Assembly (NCBI GenBank): GCA_965208125.1
Contig: OZ242320.1
Location: forward strand, 864,001 to 928,000
Direction: 5' to 3'
Length of the DNA: 64,000 nt
Source of the DNA: Candidatus Latescibacterota bacterium
Lineage (GTDB): Bacteria; Latescibacterota; UBA2968
Below, piece after piece: positions 9,896 to 20,332 of the stretch; the first letter of the stretch is position 1; every line of letters begins with the position of its first letter. The notes under the pieces were generated by a model. That model ran no database searches. It was not told the DNA's origin and saw only the letters and a list, made by a program, of their open reading frames with translations. Both the position numbers and the translations under genes were made by a program.

Positions 9896-11026
9896 TTACT
9901 TTAATTTTTCAAGTGCTTTGCGGGCAGATTCTTGTTTCGAATTCCACTTAAGGGCAGTTTGAAACGCTTCGCGAGCTTCTTGAATTTTGTTTTGATGGAG
10001 ATAAATTTGCCCTATCAGGTTATATGCGTCACCTCTTGATCGTTTTGAACCTGATGGTATAATTTGCAAACATGCTTTCAGGTATTCAAGACCGCGATCA
10101 AGTCTGTCTCCGGATTCTGCTGATATGCGTCCTAAAGCGTATAACGCTCTCCATTGACGTCCTTGAAATAGTACTATCTCTTTAAATGATGAAACAGTTG
10201 TATCGCGCCTTACCGATAGAGAATCGGTCATCATTTTGAGACGCTGTTCCGCAGCGCGATATGCCCGGTCATATTGTTTGAGTTCTCGAAAATATGTGCT
10301 GAGAGTGTTTAAGGCACGACTGGAAAAAGGGTATTGTTGCACATAAGAATCGAGCAGATCAACAGCTTCTTCACGGCGTTCTGTTCGACTGAGATACCCA
10401 CTAAGCTGTAAAACGGGCAAGTCATTGGATGGGTCTTTTTCTAACGCAGTTCTCAACTCCTGTTCGGCTTTGTCCCCTTCATCCTTTCTGCGATAAATTT
10501 GAGCTTGTGCTAAATGCCCTCTGATGGGATCGCGCATCTTAATCTGATCGGCCTGATTTTGGGCTTCTTTTTTTTCACCTCCCAAAATACCCGGTGCATT
10601 GAGGTGATATCCCATCAAGTAAAACCGTGCCTGAATGTGGTCTGGGTCTAAAGCAATAGCTTTTTCAGCAGCTTTTCTTGCATTGCGGGCGTGTCCAGGT
10701 TTTCTGAAAATGCTGGCTTTGATTGCTTTTTGACCATACATTTGCGCCAGCCAATAATAATAATCGGCACTTTGGGGACTGAATTTAGTAGCTTTCTCAA
10801 AATGGTCAAAAGCATCATCTATTCTGCCATCCCAAAATGCTAATCGACCCAGAAGAAAATGTATCTGGTCTTTATCCGACGATGTTTTTAAGAGCGTTTG
10901 TAAATGCGCCTCTGCTTCCTCATAGTGCCCGGCAATAAATACATCGAACACCTGGCGCAACGACGCATCGGCCTGTCCCATCAAGAGTAGAATCCACAGA
11001 GCCAGAATTAAATATCTCAAACGCAT
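9896..11026 (-). CDS. Exported tetratricopeptide-repeat protein
   Basis: Signal peptide, multiple TPRs, APGILGG motif. Confidence 0.85.
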   Translation of the reverse strand: MRLRYLILALWILLLMGQADASLRQVFDVFIAGHYEEAEAHLQTLLKTSSDKDQIHFLLGRLAFWDGRIDDAFDHFEKATKFSPQSADYYYWLAQMYGQKAIKASIFRKPGHARNARKAAEKAIALDPDHIQARFYLMGYHLNAPGILGGEKKEAQNQADQIKMRDPIRGHLAQAQIYRRKDEGDKAEQELRTALEKDPSNDLPVLQLSGYLSRTERREEAVDLLDSYVQQYPFSSRALNTLSTYFRELKQYDRAYRAAEQRLKMMTDSLSVRRDTTVSSFKEIVLFQGRQWRALYALGRISAESGDRLDRGLEYLKACLQIIPSGSKRSRGDAYNLIGQIYLHQNKIQEAREAFQTALKWNSKQESARKALEKLK

Positions 11027-11063
11027 TATTTTTAACCCCTTTCGTATTTATGAATGATGAACT

Positions 11064-11148
11064 GTAGGAGCGGCATCCCTGCCGCGATCAAGGTCGGGAG
11101 GCGATGTACAACTGGTCATTAGACCAGTTCAAAAGATTTCCCTCCTAC
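11064..11148. repeat. GTAG-family REP-like element
   Basis: GTAGGAG-CGGCA-tccc-TGCCG at left, internal hairpin aactggtc/gaccagtt, CTCCTAC at right end. Confidence 0.6.
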
Positions 11149-11174
11149 TTCCCATTATACAACAGGAGAACCCC

Positions 11175-11783
11175 ATGAAAACACTTTACTACGTCGCCGA
11201 CCCCATGTGTTCCTGGTGCTGGGGATTTCAACCAGTATTGGAAAAAGTAAAAGAAGCAGTCCCCGAAGAATTGTCACCCGTATATATCATGGGTGGATTG
11301 GCGCGCGACACCGATGACCCCATGCCCGATGTGATGCGGGCGCATATCCAGCGCGCATGGCGCGAAGTCGCAGCCATAACAGGTGCGAATTTTAACTGGG
11401 ACTTTTGGGGAAAATGCAAACCGCGACGATGCACCTATCCATCTTGCAGGGCATTTTATGCGGCTCAAAATCAGGGAGCGGGAACTGAGATGTTCGACGC
11501 GATTCAACGCGCCTATTATCAGGAAGCGCGCAACCCCTCAGATGTAGAAGTCCTCGTTGCATTGGCGGGTGAAATCGGATTAGACACACAGCAATTTGCT
11601 CAAGATCTGGCATCACCCGAAATAGAACAACAGATGCAAGATGGATTTAACATCAGACGGTCGATGAATGCCAATCAATTTCCAAGTCTCGTCATAAGAA
11701 ACAACGCATCCGTAACCTTTATCACCCGAGGGTATAACGATGCGGAAACCGTATTGGCCTACCTGCACGCAGCACTAAAATAA
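11175..11783 (+). CDS. DsbA family (DSBA-like thioredoxin) protein
   Basis: YYVADPMCSWCWGF and FPSL cis-Pro motif. Confidence 0.9.
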   Translation: MKTLYYVADPMCSWCWGFQPVLEKVKEAVPEELSPVYIMGGLARDTDDPMPDVMRAHIQRAWREVAAITGANFNWDFWGKCKPRRCTYPSCRAFYAAQNQGAGTEMFDAIQRAYYQEARNPSDVEVLVALAGEIGLDTQQFAQDLASPEIEQQMQDGFNIRRSMNANQFPSLVIRNNASVTFITRGYNDAETVLAYLHAALK

Positions 11784-11843
11784 AAAATCCGCTATAGACC
11801 CTCTCGCATCTTGCTTAGCGGATTGGACGAACTTAAAGCTAAC

Positions 11844-12449
11844 CTATTCCCAGAGCCTGCGGACATCGAGTTCAAAATTGGGCAAGAGAGGATCGCCAGA
11901 AATGGTTTCCGGATCGGACAGACAAACGACCTCTTCACCTGGACGATAGACATAAACATTTCGCTCTCTCGGATCGATAAGCCAGCCGAGTTGCGCGCCA
12001 TTATCGATATATTCCTGCATCTTATCTTTTATCGTCTCAAGGCGATCCGTACGAGAGAGCAGTTCGACGACGAAATCAGGACAAATTGGGGCAAACTCCT
12101 CCTGCTCGTCTTCTGAAAGTATCTCCCACCGCTCTTTTCGAATCCACGCCAGATCGGGAGCACGCACAGCGCCATTGGGAAGGGTAAAACCCGCGGACGA
12201 ATCAAAGCCCAAACCCGTTTCGTCAGATTGCATCCAACTATAAAACTGACCGATAAGTCCAAAGTTGCGCTGTCCAGATTTGCTCCCCGTTGGTGGCATA
12301 ATAATTATATCTCCATCGCAATTAAGTTCCATTCTCAAATCGGGATTGGCCTGGCAAAATTCAAAAAACTCATGCCTGTCCATGTGCAATACAGACCCGA
12401 AATGAAGCGTAAGAGCATCCTGATCTGTTTGTAATGCAACCGCACTCAT
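11844..12449 (-). CDS. Uma2 family (DUF820) putative endonuclease
   Basis: GFTLPNGAVRAPDLAW, PICPDFVVELLS, YIDNGAQLGWLIDP. Confidence 0.93.
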   Translation of the reverse strand: MSAVALQTDQDALTLHFGSVLHMDRHEFFEFCQANPDLRMELNCDGDIIIMPPTGSKSGQRNFGLIGQFYSWMQSDETGLGFDSSAGFTLPNGAVRAPDLAWIRKERWEILSEDEQEEFAPICPDFVVELLSRTDRLETIKDKMQEYIDNGAQLGWLIDPRERNVYVYRPGEEVVCLSDPETISGDPLLPNFELDVRRLWE

Positions 12450-12652
12450 GGAAAATCCTCCAAATGCAAAAATCGAGAGGGCCTTTTCTATTTATTCTAA
12501 AAAATACTCACAATCAAAATTTTGTGCAACTCGATAAGCGGGTATTTCTCGTACATTCACAGCACAGCGAACATCGCCTTGACATCCATAAGAAGTTTTG
12601 AAATATTAAAGCCCAATATATCTGCAACCAAAATGGGAAGGAGAGCGCAGAA

Positions 12653-13009
12653 ATGGCCGACCAGAACATACCGACACAAGATCAACAAAACGAATTGTTA
12701 TTCATGCAACTGGTCATGATGTTTCAGGGCATGGCATTGCAAAACCTGGGCAAAGTGATGAACCCGATGACCAACCAGATCGAGCGCAACCTGGAACAGG
12801 CCAAAAACATGATTGACATCCTGGGCATGCTGGACGAAAAAACAAAAGGCAACTTAAACGACAACGAGCAAAGATTAATGGAACACGTATTATTTGAACT
12901 GCGAATGAATTATGTAGATGAACTCAAAAAGGACGAATCCGCAGACGAGCAGACAGACGAGCAAGCAGAAGATAATAGCACAGAAGAGGACGCGGAGGAA
13001 AAAAATTGA
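12653..13009 (+). CDS. DUF1844 domain protein
   Basis: LG..NP..NLEQAKNMIDILGMLDEKTKGNL..ELRMNYV. Confidence 0.85.
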   Translation: MADQNIPTQDQQNELLFMQLVMMFQGMALQNLGKVMNPMTNQIERNLEQAKNMIDILGMLDEKTKGNLNDNEQRLMEHVLFELRMNYVDELKKDESADEQTDEQAEDNSTEEDAEEKN

Positions 13010-13518
13010 GCGCATCAAAAAAGTGGTCGGCTTGTTGCTTACTGCTCATCATGTATCTACCCTTGAGCTGTGCTTATTATTCCACCTCAGCCACGGGCAG
13101 TGGTGGCATTCGCTCCGTCGCTGTACCTCTACTCGACAACGAAAGCCTCGAAGCCGGTATTCACCAGGCACTAACAGACAGCTTAATTCAGGGATTTGTC
13201 TCTGATGCGGCCTTGCGCGTAGTCGAAGAAGATCAGGCCGATGCCATATTGCAGGGCACGGTCCTCGAAATCAAAGAAGAACCCTTTACATATAGCGGTC
13301 AGGCGAGTGCCGAACAATATCAAATCTCCGTCTATGTAAAAATGGCTTTCTACGACACGCGGGAAAAACAAACACTCTGGGAAATTGATCGCATGCGCGG
13401 TTACGGCATCTACGACGCGGCAAGCCAACGCGACCTCGCCCGTACACAAGGCATCGGCGACGCGCTGCGCATGCTCTCCAAAGACGTAGTAGATCGCACC
13501 CAGGTAGGAGGATGGTAA
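13006..13518 (+). CDS. lptE: LPS assembly lipoprotein LptE family
   Basis: Lipobox LSC-AY, IRSVAVP..DNES, ADAILQG. Confidence 0.7.
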   Translation: MSASKKWSACCLLLIMYLPLSCAYYSTSATGSGGIRSVAVPLLDNESLEAGIHQALTDSLIQGFVSDAALRVVEEDQADAILQGTVLEIKEEPFTYSGQASAEQYQISVYVKMAFYDTREKQTLWEIDRMRGYGIYDAASQRDLARTQGIGDALRMLSKDVVDRTQVGGW

Positions 13519-13521
13519 CGT

Positions 13522-14460
13522 ATGCCAGAAGACAATGTCGTGGTCGATGACTTCATGCAATTGATCGGCGGAACGCCACTAATTCGCTTAAACAACCTGG
13601 CGACATCCGACATGGCCGAAGTCGTCGTCAAAATGGAATCACTAAATCCAGCTCGCACCGTAAAAGATCGCATTGCCCTCTCCATGATCGAAGCCGCAGA
13701 ACGCGACGGACACTTAAAACCGGGCATGACCATCGTCGAGCCAACCAGTGGCAACACCGGCATTGGTCTGGCAATGGTCGCAACCGCGCGGGGTTATCGC
13801 CTGATATTAACCATGCCCGACTCCATGAGCCGGGAGCGACGCGACCTGCTCGAAAGTTACGGTGCTGAATTGATATTAACACCGGGCGACCTCGACATGC
13901 CCGGCGCTGTCGCAGAAGCCGAACGAATCGTAAATGAATCACCCGAAACAACCTTTATGCCACAGCAATTCAACAACCCGGCCAACCCGGAAATACACCG
14001 CCAAACCACAGCCCGGGAAATATTAGAAGCCGTTGACGGCCACCTCGACGCCTTTGTCGCAGGCGTAGGCACGGGAGGAACCATCACAGGCGTGGGTGAA
14101 GTCTTAAAAGCCGAATTAGACCACATACGCGTGATCGCGGTTGAACCCACCAAATCCGCGGTCCTATCGGGCGGAGATCCAGGACTGCACGGCATCCAGG
14201 GCATAGGTGCTGGATTCGTACCCTCAGTACTCAACCGCGATATTTTTGACGCACTAATATGCGTGCGCGATGAAGACGCCATCAAAACGGCTCGGAAACT
14301 CGGTCGCGAGGAAGGCATCCTCGCTGGCATATCAGCCGGAGCAAATGTATTCGCCGCCCTGCAAATTGCCCGCGACCTGGGCCCGGGAAAGCGAGTCGCA
14401 ACGATAATCTGCGACTCGGGCGAGCGGTACTTCAGCGTACCTGAATTCCTACAAGCGTAG
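13522..14460 (+). CDS. cysK: Cysteine synthase A
   Basis: NPARTVKDR PLP lysine, EPTSGNTGIG, GVGTGGTITG, IQGIGAG. Confidence 0.93.
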   Translation: MPEDNVVVDDFMQLIGGTPLIRLNNLATSDMAEVVVKMESLNPARTVKDRIALSMIEAAERDGHLKPGMTIVEPTSGNTGIGLAMVATARGYRLILTMPDSMSRERRDLLESYGAELILTPGDLDMPGAVAEAERIVNESPETTFMPQQFNNPANPEIHRQTTAREILEAVDGHLDAFVAGVGTGGTITGVGEVLKAELDHIRVIAVEPTKSAVLSGGDPGLHGIQGIGAGFVPSVLNRDIFDALICVRDEDAIKTARKLGREEGILAGISAGANVFAALQIARDLGPGKRVATIICDSGERYFSVPEFLQA

Positions 14461-14488
14461 TTGACCCCACTTACAAACGGAGACCCTC

Positions 14489-15535
14489 ATGAGCAATATC
14501 CCCAATTATTTAAAAAATTACGCCGACCTCTACGCCGATAACCCGCGTGCTGCCGCACTCCAGTGGTTCCGCGAAGCGCGTTACGGTCTGTTCTTACACT
14601 ACGGACTCTACTCTTTAATAGGGCGACACGAATGGGTGCAATTGCGAGAACTCATTCCCGTAGCCGAATATGAAAACCTCATCAACGACTTCACCGCTGA
14701 AAACTTCGATGCCGAGCGCATTGCACAATTTGCCGTTGACTGCGGGATGAAATACATCAACATCACCACGCGGCATCACGACTCATTCTGCCTATTCGAC
14801 ACCGCCGAAACGGATTTCAACAGCACCAATGCCCCGGCGGGCCGTGATCTAATCAAAGAACTGGCCGAAGCGTGTGATCGCCACGCCCTGGGATTGTGTT
14901 TGTACTACTCCCATGGACGGGATTGGAAACATCCGCATGCCCCCAACAACGACGAATGGGGGGGACAGGCAAGACCCAAATACGACCCGCCCGAACAGAG
15001 CTATGCCACTGGCTCCGCGCACAACTTGCAAATCTATCTCGACTTTATGCAAGCGCAAATCACAGAACTACTCACAAATTACGGACCCGTAGCCGCAATC
15101 TGGCTGGATGGAATTGGCGTTCTCAACAACGGCGACAGATCGAAATTTAAGTGCCAGGAACTCTACGACTATATCCACAGCGTACAACCACAGGTACTGG
15201 TCTCCTACAAACAGGGCTTGCTGGGCACCGAAGACTTTCAGGCACCTGAACATCAAGCCGTAGAACAGGCGAACAAGCCCATGGAAATTTGCACCACAAT
15301 GTGTTCAGGACCAGGTGGAAAAGGCGTATCCTGGGGCTATCTCGCCGAAGGGGGCCACCACAAAAATGAGGAAGAAGTTTGGACGGCACTGACAGCAGCG
15401 CGGAAAAGCAGTTGCAATCTATTGTTAAATACCGGTCCCTTGCCCGATGGATCACTCGATGAAAAAGATGTGCCAGTACTGCTCGCAGTGGGCGAACGCA
15501 TCCGAAAAGAGGGATTCCCTGGAGAAGGAACCTGA
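14489..15535 (+). CDS. Alpha-L-fucosidase (GH29), no signal peptide
   Basis: WFREARYGLFLHYGLYS, TTRHHD, IWLDG nucleophile, NLLLNTGP. Confidence 0.88.
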   Translation: MSNIPNYLKNYADLYADNPRAAALQWFREARYGLFLHYGLYSLIGRHEWVQLRELIPVAEYENLINDFTAENFDAERIAQFAVDCGMKYINITTRHHDSFCLFDTAETDFNSTNAPAGRDLIKELAEACDRHALGLCLYYSHGRDWKHPHAPNNDEWGGQARPKYDPPEQSYATGSAHNLQIYLDFMQAQITELLTNYGPVAAIWLDGIGVLNNGDRSKFKCQELYDYIHSVQPQVLVSYKQGLLGTEDFQAPEHQAVEQANKPMEICTTMCSGPGGKGVSWGYLAEGGHHKNEEEVWTALTAARKSSCNLLLNTGPLPDGSLDEKDVPVLLAVGERIRKEGFPGEGT

Positions 15536-15541
15536 TCTATC

Positions 15542-17497
15542 GTGTCAATTCGCGCTACCGACATACAGGAGCCCCAACCCCTGAAGCAACGATCACCCTG
15601 GTGGGCAATTGCACTGGCCGTATTGATCACCGTATCAATCAACGCAATCATCCCCTATACCCATCATTACATGCACACCATATCACTGGTCGAAGGCATG
15701 ATACCGATGGGTATTTTTATGCCATTTCTGGTACTGATCTTTATCGTAAATCCCGTATTACGCGCTCTGGGATATGCATTACAACCCTGGGAATTGATCT
15801 TCATTTTTGCGGTAGGCTACGTGAGCATGTCCATCAATGAACTGCTCGGGCGCGTACTGGCAACCTATGCTGTAATGCACTACATGGCAACGCCGGAAAA
15901 CCTCTGGGAAGAATATGTCTTTGGTCTCGTCCAACCCTATCTCGTAGTCGAAGATGCCAAAGATCAATTGGCCTGGTTTTACGAGGGCTTGCCGCGCAAC
16001 GCAATCATCCCCTGGGCAATCTGGATACGCCCCACATTCTGGTGGCTGAGCTTTATCGCCGCGCTCGGCCTGGGATCAGTCGCACTGGCGACAATCCTGC
16101 GCCGGCAATGGGTCGAGCAAGAGCGGTTGCCATTTCCCTTTGCACAAGTCGCCGAAGAACTCGCCGAAACAGCGGGGCCAAAGGGATTTCCCGAATACAT
16201 GAAACAGCCGTTATTCTGGGCTGGCTTTTCCATTCCCGCAGTTATCGTCCTCTGGTACATCATCGGCTACTTCGATCCCAGCTTCCCCGTAATTACCGTG
16301 GGGATTCAGAATCACACGATCTCACTGGGACGGTACGTGCCCTACCTGCACGGGCGGCTCAACTTTTTAATTATCGGGTTTGCGTACTTTACCGATCTAC
16401 AGGTCTTATTTTCGATCTGGGTATTCTGGGTACTCACCTGGCTTCAAATAGGGATGACCAATAGGCTGGGTCTGGCAGAGGGACTGGGAGAATTTGCCGG
16501 CACGCGGCAGCAAGCACTGGGGGGATTTATCGTATTTTGTCTGTGGGGATTGTGGATTGCGAGGCACCATCTCAAAGCAGTATTTCAACAGGCATTTCAT
16601 CAAATAAAAAATATAGACGACCAGAACGAATTGATGTCTTACCGCACTGCAGTCGCCACATTTCTCGCCTGTGCGCTATTTGCCATGTTCTGGTTATTCA
16701 AGGGAGGGATGACACCGTTTTGGGCAGTATTGGTCACGATATTCTGGTTTGTTTTTTACACCGGATTTGCCAAAATCGTAGCAATGACCGGACTCGTATT
16801 CCTGGAATCGCCCAGCAGTCTGGGCACTGGCATAATGGGATTCGCACCGCCCGATTCACTGTCGCCAAACACAATTGCCATGCGGCAACAAGTGGGCAGC
16901 ATGTATCAAAATGGCAAAAGCTTCACCATGCCCGCGGCTGCCCATGCCGCGCGGTTGAGTATCGGCCTGGGCAATCGAGCGCGTGTATTGGGCTTAACCA
17001 TCGCATTTGCATTTGTATTTTCCCTCATTGCCGCCGCCGCATCGACAATTTATCTGGGCTATACTGACGGTGCATTTAATTTTGGCTCGTACATGTTCCG
17101 GGTTGCCGCACCGCGTTATTACGACGGCATTGTATCGTCCATCCGCGACATTGGCAAAGAGACCCACTACGGTCTTCGGATGGCATTTACCGCATTTGGC
17201 GCGCTGACAATGGGCATCTTAACCCTCTGCCAATACCGATTCACCTGGTGGCCTCTCCATCCTATCGGTTTTACAGTCGTAACCTTTTATTCGGCGCGCA
17301 CCGCCATTTTATCCGTATTTCTCACCTGGCTAATTAAATTTATTATATTCCGCCTGGGAGGAATCGCGCTATATCGCAGGGCAAAACCCTTTTTCATCGG
17401 CATAATCGTGGGATACACCCTATCGCTCATAGTGAGCATGGGCGTCGATCTCATCTGGTTCCCCGGGCAAGGGCACAATCTATATTGGGGAGACTAA
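15542..17497 (+). CDS. Large polytopic membrane protein (DUF6785/DUF6784-like, putative transporter)
   Basis: Many TMs; LRRQWVEQERLPFP, WWPLHPIGF, LYRRAKPFFIG motifs. Confidence 0.7.
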   Translation: MSIRATDIQEPQPLKQRSPWWAIALAVLITVSINAIIPYTHHYMHTISLVEGMIPMGIFMPFLVLIFIVNPVLRALGYALQPWELIFIFAVGYVSMSINELLGRVLATYAVMHYMATPENLWEEYVFGLVQPYLVVEDAKDQLAWFYEGLPRNAIIPWAIWIRPTFWWLSFIAALGLGSVALATILRRQWVEQERLPFPFAQVAEELAETAGPKGFPEYMKQPLFWAGFSIPAVIVLWYIIGYFDPSFPVITVGIQNHTISLGRYVPYLHGRLNFLIIGFAYFTDLQVLFSIWVFWVLTWLQIGMTNRLGLAEGLGEFAGTRQQALGGFIVFCLWGLWIARHHLKAVFQQAFHQIKNIDDQNELMSYRTAVATFLACALFAMFWLFKGGMTPFWAVLVTIFWFVFYTGFAKIVAMTGLVFLESPSSLGTGIMGFAPPDSLSPNTIAMRQQVGSMYQNGKSFTMPAAAHAARLSIGLGNRARVLGLTIAFAFVFSLIAAAASTIYLGYTDGAFNFGSYMFRVAAPRYYDGIVSSIRDIGKETHYGLRMAFTAFGALTMGILTLCQYRFTWWPLHPIGFTVVTFYSARTAILSVFLTWLIKFIIFRLGGIALYRRAKPFFIGIIVGYTLSLIVSMGVDLIWFPGQGHNLYWGD

Positions 17498-17991
17498 ACT
17501 TCAAACACCTGCGACACCCAATCGGACAATCGGGTATTGAGCGGTTTTAACATCACGAGTGCATCTTCGCGGGGGTGTGTATAATACGCTTTTCTAATCG
17601 CCAGAGTCTCAAACCCCATCTTCTTATAGAGATCAATGGCAGCACAATTGGACATACGCACTTCCAGAGACACCACGCGCGCCCTTGTCTCCAACAGATC
17701 AAATACAGCTTTTAGCGTTCTTCTACCCAACCCCATCTTTTGAAAATCAGGTGCAATAGCAAAATTCACCAGATGAAACTCCCGATCAATCAAAAAACCC
17801 ACAACATAGCCCACAATCTCGCACTCGACCATAACCACCCGGCAAAAACCGTTTTCGCGACTGCGCGCAAACTCAAAATCACGCCGTTTCCAGGGAGAGG
17901 AAAAAACAGCCCTTTCAATCTTTATAACCCGGTCGAAATGCGAAGGGACCATCTCCACCAGCACGGGTGTCATCGAATTATCCATCACCAC
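17494..17991 (-). CDS. rimI: Ribosomal protein S18 alanine N-acetyltransferase
   Basis: GNAT fold, LEVRMSN..AIDLYKKMGF..RKAYY..EDALVM; adjacent to tsaB. Confidence 0.88.
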   Translation of the reverse strand: MVMDNSMTPVLVEMVPSHFDRVIKIERAVFSSPWKRRDFEFARSRENGFCRVVMVECEIVGYVVGFLIDREFHLVNFAIAPDFQKMGLGRRTLKAVFDLLETRARVVSLEVRMSNCAAIDLYKKMGFETLAIRKAYYTHPREDALVMLKPLNTRLSDWVSQVFEV

Positions 17992-18676
17992 TCAACCGCG
18001 CTTCTCGCACGCGCTCTGCTTGTGTTCGCCGCAAATAAAAAGGCTCTGCCGTCTCCGCATCATCCACCTCTCCCCGTTCGCAACGCACCTGCCCCAGCAG
18101 CGCAACAGCCCCAGCAGTGGGACGACCCAGAGTGGCAAAATACACATCTCGTCCCAACGCATCGACAATAACATCGCGATAAGCCTGGGCGCCATCTCCC
18201 ACTACAGTCACGGGACGCGGCAGACGCGTAACCCAATTGGAAACCGCATCTGCGCGATCGGGCATTCTCGAAATCGGGTCCCCTGCAACGAGATCATATA
18301 CCCCCGCATACACATCGCCTCGCCGAGCATCCAGCATCGGACAAACGGGCACCCCCTCTACCCCCGTCCCAAAAGCCATTGCCGCAAGGGTTGACACGCA
18401 CACAAACACAAGATCCGCACCGCGACACAACCCCTTTGCCAGACCCATACCGATACGCAACCCCGTAAACGAACCGGGACCAGCAGCCACAGCCACGCCA
18501 TCCAGATCGCCAACACTTAAACCCGCTTCCCGCAACACCATTTCAACCATCGGCTGCAACCGTTCCGAATGATGTGAACCCATTTCCAAAGTGTATTCCA
18601 CAATCACGCGGGCATCGCATGATAGAGCCACACTGCACACCGCTGTTGAAGTCTCAATACCCAAAAATTTTGTCAC
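17978..18676 (-). CDS. tsaB: tRNA t6A biosynthesis protein TsaB
   Basis: LGIETS, HSERL, GPGSFTGLRIG, DARRGDVY, EPFYLR. Confidence 0.93.
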   Translation of the reverse strand: MTKFLGIETSTAVCSVALSCDARVIVEYTLEMGSHHSERLQPMVEMVLREAGLSVGDLDGVAVAAGPGSFTGLRIGMGLAKGLCRGADLVFVCVSTLAAMAFGTGVEGVPVCPMLDARRGDVYAGVYDLVAGDPISRMPDRADAVSNWVTRLPRPVTVVGDGAQAYRDVIVDALGRDVYFATLGRPTAGAVALLGQVRCERGEVDDAETAEPFYLRRTQAERVREARLSGDG

Positions 18677-18687
18677 CTTACAATACC

Positions 18688-19713
18688 TCAAAACAACGTA
18701 CTTTGTGGCTCTTCTTCAGGCGGTGTTTTCCCCAAATGCAAATATGCCCGCGCCGTTGCCTGACGCCCCCGATGCGTGCGCACCAGGAACCCCTCCTGAA
18801 TCAGATAGGGTTCATACACTTCCTCCAGCGTATCTGTCTCTTCACTCAGCGCAGCACCCAGATTATTCAAACCAACGGGACCCCCGTCGAATTTATCGAT
18901 CAGCGTTTCCAACAATCGGCGATCCATTTCATCCAACCCCTTTGCATCCACCCCCAACAATGCCAGTGCCTTAACCGCAACTTCTTCTGTAATCACCCCA
19001 TCGGCGCGCGCCTGTGCATAATCGCGAGACCGCGACAACTGACGCCCGGCAATGCGCGCTGTTCCCCGCGACCTGTGGGCAATCACATGTGCGGCATCCT
19101 CTTCAATCTCAATGCCCAAAATACGCGCAGCCCTCATCACAATGGCCTGCAACTCTTTGGGAGCGTAAAAATCCAGCCGCTCCAGCAAACCAAAGCGCGT
19201 TCGCATCGGCGCTGTGAGCAATCCCATTCGCGTTGTTGCGCCCACCATAGTAAAAGGTTCAAGCGGAATTTGATACGACCTGGCACTCGGTCCGCTATCG
19301 ATCATAATATCCAGCGTAAAATCCTCCATTGCCGAATACAAATGTTCTTCTACCACCCGATTCATGCGATGAATCTCGTCGATAAACAGCACATCGCGCT
19401 CATTCAAATTCGTCAAAATCCCCGCCAGATCAGCTGGGCGTTCAAGCACCGGTCCCGATGTCACATGAATTTCGACCCCAAGCTCGTGCGCTATCACATA
19501 AGCCATCGTCGTTTTGCCCAGACCGGGAGGCCCGTGCAACAAAATGTGATCCATAGCCTCATTGCGATGACGCGCAGCCTCCACAGCAATACGCAAATTC
19601 GTCTTCGCCTTTTCTTGCCCGACCATATCGTCAAATCGAATCGGACGAATCCGTTGATCGCGCTCAAAATCGTCGCCATCCTGAAACTCGGGATCGGTAA
19701 ATCGTTCATCCAT
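18688..19713 (-). CDS. ruvB: Holliday junction branch migration ATPase RuvB
   Basis: [29 protein letters not shown]. Confidence 0.97.
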   Translation of the reverse strand: MDERFTDPEFQDGDDFERDQRIRPIRFDDMVGQEKAKTNLRIAVEAARHRNEAMDHILLHGPPGLGKTTMAYVIAHELGVEIHVTSGPVLERPADLAGILTNLNERDVLFIDEIHRMNRVVEEHLYSAMEDFTLDIMIDSGPSARSYQIPLEPFTMVGATTRMGLLTAPMRTRFGLLERLDFYAPKELQAIVMRAARILGIEIEEDAAHVIAHRSRGTARIAGRQLSRSRDYAQARADGVITEEVAVKALALLGVDAKGLDEMDRRLLETLIDKFDGGPVGLNNLGAALSEETDTLEEVYEPYLIQEGFLVRTHRGRQATARAYLHLGKTPPEEEPQSTLF

Positions 19714-19731
19714 AAAATAGCCTTATGACCG

Positions 19732-20328
19732 CTAAATACTCCTCAACGCTCGCTTAATCACTTCCTCAATCGGCGCATCGTCGCCCATCTCCTGCAAAAC
19801 AGTCGCAACAACTTTGCGCGCCTGCACTGGATTCGCGCCCAAACCAGATAGGGCAGCAGCGGCTTCGTCTAATACATCGGGATCTGCATGCCCCACGGCA
19901 TCGGAAGTAAAATCTTCTGGCGCAATATCGCCAATCTTGTCCTTCATCTCCAGCACCAGACGCTGCGCGAGTTTTTGACCAATGCCTTTAATGCGCGTCA
20001 GCCCCCGAGCATCTTCTGCGGCAACCAACCGCCTGAAATCGGCAATGGGAATACCCGACAAAATTTTCAATGCCATCGGTGGACCAATACCCGAAACCGC
20101 GATCAGGCGCTCAAACAAATCGCGCTCGGCCACTGAAGCAAATCCGTAAAGCGTCATCGCGTCTTCCCGTACATGCAAATGCGTGAGAATTTTTACGCGC
20201 CCATCCTCAACCAAAAGCGATTCATAGCTCGACAGTGAAATATTGACGTGATACCCCACGCCCTGAACATCGACAATAACATGGGTCGGGTGTTTTTCGA
20301 TCAGTAGCCCTTGTAGAAACGCAATCAT
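19732..20328 (-). CDS. ruvA: Holliday junction binding protein RuvA
   Basis: GVGY, HVREDAMTLYGF, VSGIGP HhH. Confidence 0.96.
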   Translation of the reverse strand: MIAFLQGLLIEKHPTHVIVDVQGVGYHVNISLSSYESLLVEDGRVKILTHLHVREDAMTLYGFASVAERDLFERLIAVSGIGPPMALKILSGIPIADFRRLVAAEDARGLTRIKGIGQKLAQRLVLEMKDKIGDIAPEDFTSDAVGHADPDVLDEAAAALSGLGANPVQARKVVATVLQEMGDDAPIEEVIKRALRSI

Positions 20329-20332
20329 TGTA

